From positions 1 to 29,215 of the forward strand of contig JBEKDF010000037.1 in assembly GCA_050014495.1 (NCBI GenBank): DNA of 29,215 nt, read 5' to 3'. Under the pieces are notes generated by a model. It was not told where the DNA came from. It ran no database searches and saw only the letters and a list, made by a program, of their open reading frames with translations. The stretch's first letter is position 1, and each line of letters starts with the position of its first letter. Below are positions 9,352 to 18,020 of this stretch, in pieces. Made by a program: the position numbers and the translations under genes. This DNA comes from Candidatus Bathyarchaeia archaeon (lineage in GTDB: Archaea; Thermoproteota; Bathyarchaeia; TCS64).

Positions 9352-10590
9352 TTATCCCCTTCTGTAGATCTGGACGGCGACGCTTGCACCCGCTGCCCCG
9401 ACGTTATGGATAAGACCCACTTCTGCTCCCTTGACTTGATGTTTGTTGGCCTGCCCTCGGAGCTGCTTAAACATCTCATAGGCCATAGCGGCGCCGGTTG
9501 CGCCAACGGGGTGTCCCTTCGCCTTGAGACCGCCGTCGGGGTTTATTGGAAGCTCGCCGTTTAGTGCGGTTCTTCCCTCCTCAGTTGCCTTCCCCCCCTG
9601 TCCCTTGGGGAAGAAGCCGAGGTCCTCCAGGGCGACTAACTCCGCGATTGTGAAGCAGTCGTGTACATCAGCTACCTGGATGGACTTCGGTGTGACCTCC
9701 GCCATTTTATAGGCGTATTCTGATGCCTTGACTGCAGCCCTGAGCGTCGTAAAATCGGGTCTACTATGCAAGGCGATCGTGTCGCTGGCCTGCCCCATTC
9801 CGATTATATTGACGGGGGAATCGGTGTATTTACGAGCTACTTCGTTCGCTGCTAGGATTATTGTGGCAGCGCCATCCGAGACGGGGCAGCAGTCGAAGAG
9901 CTTTAGTGGGGAGGAGATGACTGGGTTGAGATCAGACCGTAAGAAGTCCATCTCGTCCTTGAATACCCTGCCACTTTTCTCACCCATCTTCTGCCCGGTT
10001 GCAATGATATCCGACTGGAACTGAGCCTTGGGGTTTAGAACACAGTTTCGATGGTTCTTTATTGTGACCGCAGCCAGTTGATCCCACGTTGTGTTGTATT
10101 TTTTGAAGTAGGCCGAGGCCATGGCGGCGTATATTGAGGGAAATGTGAAGCCAACCGAGGTTTCGAAGGATGTGTCAGCGGCAAGGGCTAGCGCGTCTGT
10201 GACCTGGTCAGTGGTGAGTCCGCTCATTTTCTCTACGCCGCCGACGATCACCACATCAGCCATTCCTGATGCTATTGTCATTACGCCGAGGTTGAGTGCA
10301 GCACCTGAACTCGCGCAGGCATCCTCAATCCTGTAAGCAGGGGTGGGGTTGATACCGAGCCAATCCGCCATGACTGCGGCCGTGTGTCCCTGACCCTCAA
10401 ATACGTCGCTTGTGAAGTTGCCGATGAAGAGTGCCTCTGCATCCCTGAACCTGAAACCGTGGTCGACGGATTCCGCAGCGTCGAGTGCAGCTTCGACAAA
10501 TATCTCCCTCCCTGTCTTGTCAGCGTGTAACTTGTTGTGGAACCTTGTCATGCCCGCACCGACTATCGAGACACCCCTGTTTAGACCCAA
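9352..10590 (-). CDS. Thiolase, SCP2/archaeal acetyl-CoA acetyltransferase type
   Basis: EDACASS catalytic Cys, GVEKM, DCCPVSDGA, HDCFT and GGLKAKGHPVGATG. Confidence 0.95.
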   Translation of the reverse strand: MGLNRGVSIVGAGMTRFHNKLHADKTGREIFVEAALDAAESVDHGFRFRDAEALFIGNFTSDVFEGQGHTAAVMADWLGINPTPAYRIEDACASSGAALNLGVMTIASGMADVVIVGGVEKMSGLTTDQVTDALALAADTSFETSVGFTFPSIYAAMASAYFKKYNTTWDQLAAVTIKNHRNCVLNPKAQFQSDIIATGQKMGEKSGRVFKDEMDFLRSDLNPVISSPLKLFDCCPVSDGAATIILAANEVARKYTDSPVNIIGMGQASDTIALHSRPDFTTLRAAVKASEYAYKMAEVTPKSIQVADVHDCFTIAELVALEDLGFFPKGQGGKATEEGRTALNGELPINPDGGLKAKGHPVGATGAAMAYEMFKQLRGQANKHQVKGAEVGLIHNVGAAGASVAVQIYRRG

Positions 10591-10774
10591 ACCGCTCCCT
10601 TAGCTGACCTTCGTTAGCGGAGCGATTAAGAATTGTGTCGAATTTAATCTCGACACTAAACGAACAGGAGTTGAGATTAATCATTACTTGACTACATATA
10701 CGATAAGTTCGCAGTGAGTTTGCGCCTAGAAAATGTTAAATCGGTTCTTATGGAAATATCAATGAGGTGCATTC

Positions 10775-11005
10775 ATGAGCGTAGCTTTTGTTCTAATTAA
10801 CACTGATCTTGGCGAGGGGACCGACGTCAGTAAGGCTCTGAAGGAGATACCTGAGGTCAAGGAAGTTTACGGTGTATATGGGGTATATGATTTCGTAGTA
10901 CGACTCGAGGCTCCCACTATGCAGGAGATTAAGGACGTCATAACGAGTAAGATTAGACGCCTCAACCACGTAAGGTCGACGCTCACGATGGTTGTTCTCG
11001 AGTAG
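10775..11005 (+). CDS. Lrp/AsnC ligand-binding (RAM-only) protein
   Basis: AFVLINT, VYGVYDFVV and IRRLxxVRSTLT; 76 aa with no HTH. Confidence 0.92.
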   Translation: MSVAFVLINTDLGEGTDVSKALKEIPEVKEVYGVYGVYDFVVRLEAPTMQEIKDVITSKIRRLNHVRSTLTMVVLE

Positions 11006-11016
11006 AACAACCAAGG

Positions 11017-11961
11017 TCACGGTTTCTGATTCCACAGTCGATACTCGGTTAACTGTCTGACTCCCTCTCTGAGTCTCCATTTTGGCCTGAATCCGAGGGT
11101 TTTCTCTATTTTTGACGTGTCGTAGCTGAACTCCTTGGTTTCCCCAACTCGCGAGGGTAGATGCTTTATCTCTGGGCGCTTCTCGGTGGCCTTCTCGATC
11201 TCTTCGGCGACCAGGCTCGCTATCATGTTCACTGTTGTGGTCTCGCAGCCGATGTTGAAGGCTTCATTAAGTATGCCTTCCGTAGTTACGCTGAGTGCAA
11301 TAGCTCTGCATACATCCTCGACGTGGACGAAGTCACGTGTGCTCTTGCCGTCCCCGTATACTGTGAGTGGTCTATCTTCTAGGCCGAGTGCAACGAACTT
11401 CGGGATGACTCCTGTCCAGCTAGTGTAGAGTCCGACGCCGTAGACGTTCCCGAATCTCAGGTTAATTGTCTCGGCTCCAGAGTTTTGATGATGAGCTTCG
11501 ACAAGTTTCTCTCCAGCGAGTTTCGTTACTCCGTAGAGATTAAGGGGACGTTGAGCGTGCCTTTCTGTGACTGGTAGGCTAGAAGGAATACCATAGATAG
11601 CTGCACTGCTGCAGAAGACGATCCTACGAACCCCAGTTTTCTCTGCGGCTCCAAGTACACGGTGGGTGCCATAGACGTTTACAGAGACTGCCTCCTCGGG
11701 GTTATCGTTGCAGACATCGAGATCAGAGAGGGCAGCCATGTGGACCACAGCGTCCGCTCCAGAGAAGAGATCATCGAGATCCTCGATGTTTCTTATGTCT
11801 CCCTCGATCAACGTAAGATTCTTAGCGTTCAGGCGACGGAGATAACTATAATCTCCTTTAGCTTGATTGTCCAATGAAGCGACGCTGTGTCCCTCGGTGA
11901 TTAGGTTCTTAATCAGTGTGGAGCCGATGTAGCCCGCTCCCCCTGTGACAGCTATATGCAT
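11017..11961 (-). CDS. NAD-dependent epimerase/dehydratase (GalE-like extended SDR)
   Basis: VTGGAGYIG, SSAAIYG, YGVTK, LRFGNVYG and GDGxxTRDFVHVED. Confidence 0.93.
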   Translation of the reverse strand: MHIAVTGGAGYIGSTLIKNLITEGHSVASLDNQAKGDYSYLRRLNAKNLTLIEGDIRNIEDLDDLFSGADAVVHMAALSDLDVCNDNPEEAVSVNVYGTHRVLGAAEKTGVRRIVFCSSAAIYGIPSSLPVTERHAQRPLNLYGVTKLAGEKLVEAHHQNSGAETINLRFGNVYGVGLYTSWTGVIPKFVALGLEDRPLTVYGDGKSTRDFVHVEDVCRAIALSVTTEGILNEAFNIGCETTTVNMIASLVAEEIEKATEKRPEIKHLPSRVGETKEFSYDTSKIEKTLGFRPKWRLREGVRQLTEYRLWNQKP

Positions 11962-12061
11962 CTCGATTCAGGGGTTAGTAGTCGTCTTGGGTTAAAATGG
12001 GTTAGCCCTTCCTTCCCTATCCTTATATCCATCCCTAAACCCTCGCTTCTCAGTGATTGGC

Positions 12062-12646
12062 ATGATCTACTGCCCCCAGTGTGGTAAGGAGCTACCCGAC
12101 GACGCTGCTTTCTGCGATAGGTGCGGGCACAAGATGAGTGAACCCGTCTCCCCATTCGAGGGTAGGTGGGCGCACAGGACTGAGAGACATATGAGACATA
12201 TCGAGCGCTTGGAGAGGCTCGATCGCGGCCCAGATTACCTGGATGGCGTCGGGTTCGGTGTTTTCCTCGTAGCGATCGCCTGGGTGTACCTCCAGTATCC
12301 CTGGGTCTGGGATGAGATAACGGCGTGGTTCCGTGACTGGGTTAACGGCCCGACTATGCTGCCCATGATCCTGACTGGACCGATATTCCTCTTCTTCATG
12401 ATAATGGGCACCTGGGGAATCCTCGAGGGTGCGCTCAGGATGGTGGCGGGGCGCGTGACGAGAGGGATCGGAAACATCGTTGGAGCGATGGGCAGCTTCG
12501 CAATAGCCTATATGATTCAGTTTTACGGGCAAAGCATCATAAGTGGGTCCACCCTGCTGCCCGGTTTTATTATAATAATAGGCGCTATGATCGTTCTCAC
12601 TGCAGTCGTCAACTCATTCGCCTGGTCATCCACTCGAAGGGATTAA
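12062..12646 (+). CDS. Zinc-ribbon domain membrane protein
   Basis: N-terminal YCPQCG...FCDRCG followed by about four hydrophobic helices. Confidence 0.85.
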   Translation: MIYCPQCGKELPDDAAFCDRCGHKMSEPVSPFEGRWAHRTERHMRHIERLERLDRGPDYLDGVGFGVFLVAIAWVYLQYPWVWDEITAWFRDWVNGPTMLPMILTGPIFLFFMIMGTWGILEGALRMVAGRVTRGIGNIVGAMGSFAIAYMIQFYGQSIISGSTLLPGFIIIIGAMIVLTAVVNSFAWSSTRRD

Positions 12647-12653
12647 AAACGCG

Positions 12654-13583
12654 ATGAGTCATGGGAGAAGTATGCTCACCCAGCAGATTCTCGGGCCCGT
12701 ATACCTTATTGATTCCCCCTATTGGGGTTCTCAAGGGGTCCTGGGGACATACGTCGTGAAGGGAGGGGAGCCCATGCTCATTGATCCGGGGCCTACGAGC
12801 CAAGTTTCTGGTGCCCTTGAGGGGCTGAGGGAGCTGGGTATAAGGCAGCTCCGCTATGTGGGGTTGACGCATATACACCTCGACCACGGGGGCGGCGCTT
12901 GGAAGGTGATCGAGGCTCATCCTGAAGCGGACGTTTATGCTCACCCGAAGGCGGTGGAGCACCTCGTTGATCCGAGTCGCCTCGCAGCGTCAGCTAAGCA
13001 GTTCTTCGGTCCCGCCTATGAGCGGTATGGGGAGGTTCGCGGACTCAACCCTATGAAGATTCAGGAGTCGCAGGATGGTGAGGTTCTCGATCTGCAGGGG
13101 GCGACACTAAAGGTGATATGGACTCCAGGGCATGCGAGCCATGGGCAGAGCTTCTGGGAGCCGGACTATCGGATCATCATCCTCGGGGACTGCGGTGGCA
13201 GTTTTAGCAGGAGGAGTGGGAGCATCTTTCCTATCACTCCTCCCCCCTTTAACCTTGAGAGGGCATTAGAGACTTTAGATAAACTCATTGCTCTCCGCCC
13301 TGAAATAATCTGCTACAGCCACTTCGGCTACTCTTACGACGCTGTTAAGAAACTCGTCTTCTATAGGGGGGAGCTCCAGACGTGGGGAGAGGTCGTTGGG
13401 AGAGGTGTGAAGGAGGGACTCGACCTCAACGGTATCTGGGAGTTGCTTAAGGAGCAGGACCCTATTCTCCGCCTCTCCCTCGACGAGGATGGTAATAGGC
13501 GTACGACGGCGATCCCTAACATAATTGGCCTTGTAGAATACACAAAGTGGAAGCTAAAGGAAGAGGTCGCCAAGTCTTCATAG
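12654..13583 (+). CDS. MBL-fold metallo-hydrolase
   Basis: LIDPG, THIHLDHGGG, TPGHASH, GD and SHFG metal ligands. Confidence 0.93.
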   Translation: MSHGRSMLTQQILGPVYLIDSPYWGSQGVLGTYVVKGGEPMLIDPGPTSQVSGALEGLRELGIRQLRYVGLTHIHLDHGGGAWKVIEAHPEADVYAHPKAVEHLVDPSRLAASAKQFFGPAYERYGEVRGLNPMKIQESQDGEVLDLQGATLKVIWTPGHASHGQSFWEPDYRIIILGDCGGSFSRRSGSIFPITPPPFNLERALETLDKLIALRPEIICYSHFGYSYDAVKKLVFYRGELQTWGEVVGRGVKEGLDLNGIWELLKEQDPILRLSLDEDGNRRTTAIPNIIGLVEYTKWKLKEEVAKSS

Positions 13584-13937
13584 GTACCGTACGCGAGAGA
13601 GCATACAAGTTATCAAATAATTGTACCCTTTCACAATATGTGTGATAAAACGATAAACCAGATGCGCACGCTTGTGTCTTGGGGTTGACATCTCTATAGA
13701 TTAGCCTGCACATGAATACATCATGCTACGTCTTCATCTATGGACTCATTGAAATCGTTAACATCAACGGCATCACTATGGACATCATTGGCACAACTGT
13801 CATTCACCGTCACATCCTTGCTTCGTAGCAGTTCCTTGATTTTAACGTAACGCACAATCACCGTCATGTCCTGCTGGTGTCTGCTGCTCGTTTGCTGGTG
13901 CTTGTTGCTCTGTTTGCTGCTCCTCCGCAGGTGTCCC

Positions 13938-14430
13938 CTGCTCGGTGTGGTTTGCTTGTACAGTATGGCTCTGAGCAGCAGTATGCCTTCAGCAATATTC
14001 TTCTCCCAGTTTCCCAATACACGCGCGCCTAAGAGGGTCTCCTTCACACCTTTCCTCGCCTGTATTACACTCCTTCACGACTCTCCTCGCTTGTATTACA
14101 CTTGGCTTCTTCTCAGGCGTGAATCCCCCAGACCCCATCCTCTCTGGGGGACCAATGACCTCTACCTCGGTCGTGGCTTAGACCACCGGTGGGGAGACGC
14201 TCTGCTGTAATACGTTTAGCCTTGCGGCTGCAGGTGTCCGCTGCTGCTCCGCTGCTCGTTCGCTGTGTCTGCAGCTCTGTTTGCTGCTCTGTTCGCTGCT
14301 CTTCCGCAGGTGCTCTCTGCTGCCTGCTGCTGCCTGCTACTGCTTACTGCTGCTGCTTACCGCTGCTGTTACTGCTGCCGCTGCATGCGCTGGTCAGAGC
14401 TATACTGTACAAGCAAACCACATCGAGCAG
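13938..14430. repeat. 37-bp long-range inverted repeat (arms 13938-13974 and 14394-14430) embedded in CTG/CAG low-complexity tracts
   Basis: CTGCTCGGTGTGGTTTGCTTGTACAGTATGGCTCTGA versus TCAGAGCTATACTGTACAAGCAAACCACATCGAGCAG: 35/37 complementary. Confidence 0.9.
14039..14100. repeat. Tandem direct repeat, 2 x 31 bp
   Basis: CTCCTTCACACCTTTCCTCGCCTGTATTACA / CTCCTTCACGACTCTCCTCGCTTGTATTACA. Confidence 0.85.
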
Positions 14431-14491
14431 CAAGCACCAGCAAGCACCAGCAAACACCAGCGAGCAGCAGGCAGCAGCAGTAAGCAGTAGC
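14336..14491. repeat. Perfect 21-bp inverted repeat (14336-14356 / 14471-14491)
   Basis: GCTACTGCTTACTGCTGCTGC and GCAGCAGCAGTAAGCAGTAGC are exact reverse complements. Confidence 0.85.
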
Positions 14492-14692
14492 GTCATCATC
14501 TGCAGCAGCCGCTGCCAGAGTTGAGCCGTCGCCTGGGGCTGCTGCTCTTGTGACTCCCTGCTCCGCAGCAGCTCCCAGTTACCAACATCACTCCCTAGCG
14601 CACGCGCTCAACAGTATGAGCAACGTAGCTCGACAGGGCTGTCATCTTAATTGGTGAGGAGCCAGGTATTATAGAGAAGGATGATGCGTAGT

Positions 14693-16192
14693 ATGGTGTC
14701 TGTTATCAGTCACTGGATCAATGGATGCGCAGTCGAGGTTCCACCAGAGAATACCGGGCCAGTCTTCAACCCGGCTACCGGGGAAGTCATCGCGCGGGTT
14801 CCAAGGGGAAGCGCACTCGAGATCGAGGCCGCCGTCGCCGCCGCACGTAAGGCTTTTCCCCTCTGGCGAGACACCCCGCTCATCGCTCGTAGTGCGATCT
14901 TCTTCGCCTATAGAGAACTCTGCTGGAAACACAGGGATGAGATGGCGCGGCTCATCACGCGTGATCATGGTAAGACATACCCCGACGCGTTCGCCGAGGT
15001 AACTCGCGGCCTGGAAACAGTGGAATTTGCCTGCGGGTTGCCCGTTCACCTCACCGGAATGAATACGCCGAACATATCAACGAATGTGGACGCTCACACT
15101 CTGCGTCAGCCCCTCGGCGTAGCCGTCGGTATCACGCCATTTAACTTCCCAGCGATGGTACCCATGTGGATCTACCCCATCGCCCTCATGTGCGGCAACA
15201 CATTCATCTGGAAGCCCTCCTCACATACGCCAGGTGCAACACAGCTCCAGGCAGAGCTTTGGAAAGAAGCTGGGCTACCCGATGGCGTCTTCAACGTCGT
15301 TTACGGCGGACGTGAGGCTGTGGATGCGATCATCGAACACCCCGGCGTCGACGCAATACAGTTCGTCGGTTCCACAGCAGTGGGTCGAATTGTCCATGAA
15401 CACGGCATCAAAGCCGGAAAGCGTGTCGGATGCTACACTAGCGCGAAAAACGCGATGATCGTCCTCCCAGACGCAGACATGGAACTTGCAGCGGACTCCG
15501 CAATCGCCTCTGGGTATGGTTCAGCGGGAGAGCGCTGTATGGCTCAGGCACTCGTAATAGCTGTTGGCGATTCCGGCGACCGGCTGAGGCCGCTAATGGA
15601 GGAGCGTATCAACAAACTAAAGATCGGCCCTGGAACCGAGCCCGACATTGATATGGGTCCGATTTACTCAGCGGAGCACCGCGAGTCGATAATCAAATGG
15701 ATCGACAAGGGAGTCGCCGAGGGGGCAAAGCTTGTTGTCGATGGCCGCTCGTTCCACCACACCACGAATCCTGGCGGATTCTTCCTAGGCGCCACGCTGT
15801 TCGACTATGTTACTCCAGAGATGACAATCTACCAGGAGGAGATCTTCGGGCCAGTGCTTGGAATCGTGCGATGCGCCACTTACGACGAGGCGATAGCCAT
15901 GATCAACAGCCACAAGTACGGTAACGGGACAGCGATCTTCACCGCGAACGGCGGCGCAGCCCGACGCTTTGAACTCGAGGTAGACGTCCCGATGATCGGA
16001 ATCAATGTACCGATCCCTGTACCCGCAGGTTACCTATCGTTTGGCGGCACGAAGGCCTCCGCCTTCGCCGACCTACAGATGCGCGGCGAGGACTCGATAC
16101 GCTTCTTCACGAAGCAGAAAGAGGTCACAGTGCGCTGGCCCAAGCCTGGTAAGCAGGGGCCCCTCAGTTTGGTCTTCCCCAGCAACAGCTGA
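14693..16192 (+). CDS. mmsA: CoA-acylating (methyl)malonate-semialdehyde dehydrogenase
   Basis: ALDH fold with RGLETVEFACG, GITPFNFPAMVPMW, FVGST, AKNxMIV, GSAGERCMA, EEIFGPV and INVPIPVP; the start could be at 14681, 14684 or 14693. Confidence 0.92.
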   Translation: MVSVISHWINGCAVEVPPENTGPVFNPATGEVIARVPRGSALEIEAAVAAARKAFPLWRDTPLIARSAIFFAYRELCWKHRDEMARLITRDHGKTYPDAFAEVTRGLETVEFACGLPVHLTGMNTPNISTNVDAHTLRQPLGVAVGITPFNFPAMVPMWIYPIALMCGNTFIWKPSSHTPGATQLQAELWKEAGLPDGVFNVVYGGREAVDAIIEHPGVDAIQFVGSTAVGRIVHEHGIKAGKRVGCYTSAKNAMIVLPDADMELAADSAIASGYGSAGERCMAQALVIAVGDSGDRLRPLMEERINKLKIGPGTEPDIDMGPIYSAEHRESIIKWIDKGVAEGAKLVVDGRSFHHTTNPGGFFLGATLFDYVTPEMTIYQEEIFGPVLGIVRCATYDEAIAMINSHKYGNGTAIFTANGGAARRFELEVDVPMIGINVPIPVPAGYLSFGGTKASAFADLQMRGEDSIRFFTKQKEVTVRWPKPGKQGPLSLVFPSNS

Positions 16193-16255
16193 ATCCCACC
16201 TTGGCGCGTGCAAGTGTGAATTAGGGGCCAAGCATGCGAAGCCGGATGAAAACGA

Positions 16256-17854
16256 TCATTTCCTCTCATACACTATTTTTCCGCTCACGATCGTGGCGTC
16301 GACTGGTATGTCCTTGATCTCCTCATCGGGGACAGTGAGGATGTCCCTGCCGAGGACTACGAAGTCGGCGAGCTTGCCCTCCTCTATGCTACCAAGGCGG
16401 TCCTCGTCGAAGCTCTGGTAAGCGGAGTTAATTGTGTAGAGCCTCAGAGCCTCCATGACGGTGATGCGTTGACTCCTGCCGATTGGTTTCCCCGCCTTTG
16501 TCATTCTATTCACCATCGCGTGGATAGCCATCAGCGGCGGGAAGGGAGCGCACGGATGATCGCTGTGTGCTGCAAGTTTTATCCCCTCATCTAGAAAGGT
16601 GCGCGCTGCGAACATCCTCTCGAGTCTCTCATCTCCGAACGGAACTAGAAGCTTATCCCCATGATAGTATGGGTAGGGACCAAAAATCGTCGGGAGAATG
16701 CCTAGCTTTTTGATCTTCGCCACAAGCTCCTTTGTGATGACAGTGCAATGTATATCCCTGTTCCTCGGGTCCTCGCGAGGATACTTGGCCTGCAGCTTCT
16801 CCATGATGTCTAGATACATGGCAATCGCACGGTCTCCATTGGCATGACAACTGAGCCTATACCCCGCAGCGTACGCCTTCCCAAGTATATCCTCTGCGAT
16901 CTCCCGAGTCGTAGACATGACCCCATAGAATCCCGGCTTATCACAGTAGGGCTCCGTTACAGCCGCGGTTCGCGCTGATATGGCTCCGTCGAAGAAGAAT
17001 TTGAGCCCACAGAGCCTCAGCATGTCATCGCCGAACATCTGGTGGATGCCCGTAGCATTTAATTCGGGAAAAAGGTCGATATTGGCGTCCATCCTCATCC
17101 TGATGGGTAGTTCTCCCTTCGTGTTGAGATCGATGAGTGCCCTAATCTGGTGCTTGTCGACGAGGTCATAAACGCAGGTGAGGCCGACAGATGCACAGTC
17201 CCCTAGTATCGATTTAGCTCCCAATGAACTCTGCTCCGCTGTTGGTTCCTGGGCTTCACGGGGAATGATGAGGTCAATGGCCTTCTCGTGGGCTCCCCCA
17301 GTTATCTCTCCCTCCGCGTCCCTGTCAAACCTACCGCCAACTGGATCCGGAGTCTCCTTTGTAACGCCTGCCATCTCGTATGCCTTGCTGTTCAGGATTG
17401 AGAAGTGGCCACCTACCGTAGAGATGCTTATTGGGTGATGTTTACTGGCAACATCCAACTCCCATCTTGTGGGGTGTCTCTTCTCAGCGAGCTTTGAGTC
17501 GTCCTCCTGGTACCCGAATATCCAGGCACCATCAGGTGTCTTCTTAGCGCGATCGGCGAGTCTCTCCTGTATGTCCTTAATCGATCTGACTCCCACCTCC
17601 TGGCTCAGATCGACGAAACGTAATCTACCAGCGCCTTCATCCGCCATATGACTGTGTGAGTCCATCAAGCCAGGGATAACGACCCGCCCCTTCAGCTCTA
17701 TGACCTTCGTGGAGGGCCCAATCCAGGCCTTCAAGTCCCCGTCCTTCCCCAAAGCTATTATCTTGCCATACTTGACGGCGACGGCCTGAGCTGTCGATTC
17801 CACCTCGTCCATCGTTATTATCTTCCCACCTTTAAGCAAAAGATCGGCGTACAT
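16256..17854 (-). CDS. Amidohydrolase family 3 (YtcJ-like) metal-dependent hydrolase
   Basis: PGLMDSHSH, KFFFDG, HANGDRA, IHC, HSD and GSIEEGKLADFVVL; start taken at MYADLL. Confidence 0.93.
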   Translation of the reverse strand: MYADLLLKGGKIITMDEVESTAQAVAVKYGKIIALGKDGDLKAWIGPSTKVIELKGRVVIPGLMDSHSHMADEGAGRLRFVDLSQEVGVRSIKDIQERLADRAKKTPDGAWIFGYQEDDSKLAEKRHPTRWELDVASKHHPISISTVGGHFSILNSKAYEMAGVTKETPDPVGGRFDRDAEGEITGGAHEKAIDLIIPREAQEPTAEQSSLGAKSILGDCASVGLTCVYDLVDKHQIRALIDLNTKGELPIRMRMDANIDLFPELNATGIHQMFGDDMLRLCGLKFFFDGAISARTAAVTEPYCDKPGFYGVMSTTREIAEDILGKAYAAGYRLSCHANGDRAIAMYLDIMEKLQAKYPREDPRNRDIHCTVITKELVAKIKKLGILPTIFGPYPYYHGDKLLVPFGDERLERMFAARTFLDEGIKLAAHSDHPCAPFPPLMAIHAMVNRMTKAGKPIGRSQRITVMEALRLYTINSAYQSFDEDRLGSIEEGKLADFVVLGRDILTVPDEEIKDIPVDATIVSGKIVYERK

Positions 17855-18020
17855 CACAGAACCAGAGAAGAACTCCACTTAGGATCTATAAATCGTGGTC
17901 GCCAAAGTGCTGCACCCCCAAAAGACGTGTGCATGATTACCTGGAGCCTTTTCTGCCGCCCCCTTCTCGAGTTGGGTCTTGGGGATAAGCAATAAGTTCC
18001 CGCCCATCATACCCATAACT

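Noticed and set aside
9351..9506. N-terminal extension of the DUF35 ORF given in the ORF track
   Set aside because: It overlaps the thiolase 3' end; the ATG at 9350 gives normal length and translational coupling
13866..14524. Cys/Leu/Ala/Gln-rich ORFs (13866-14210, 14189-14524, 14265-14483, 14281-14490) as metallothionein or RiPP precursors
   Set aside because: Several overlapping frames are open only because CTG/CAG tracts lack stops. The shared RAILYKQTT peptide just reflects the inverted DNA core, and no maturation genes are nearby
13584..14680. Chromosomal replication origin
   Set aside because: No ORB consensus (TCCA-GGAAAC plus G-string), no long AT-rich unwinding element, no adjacent cdc6/orc1
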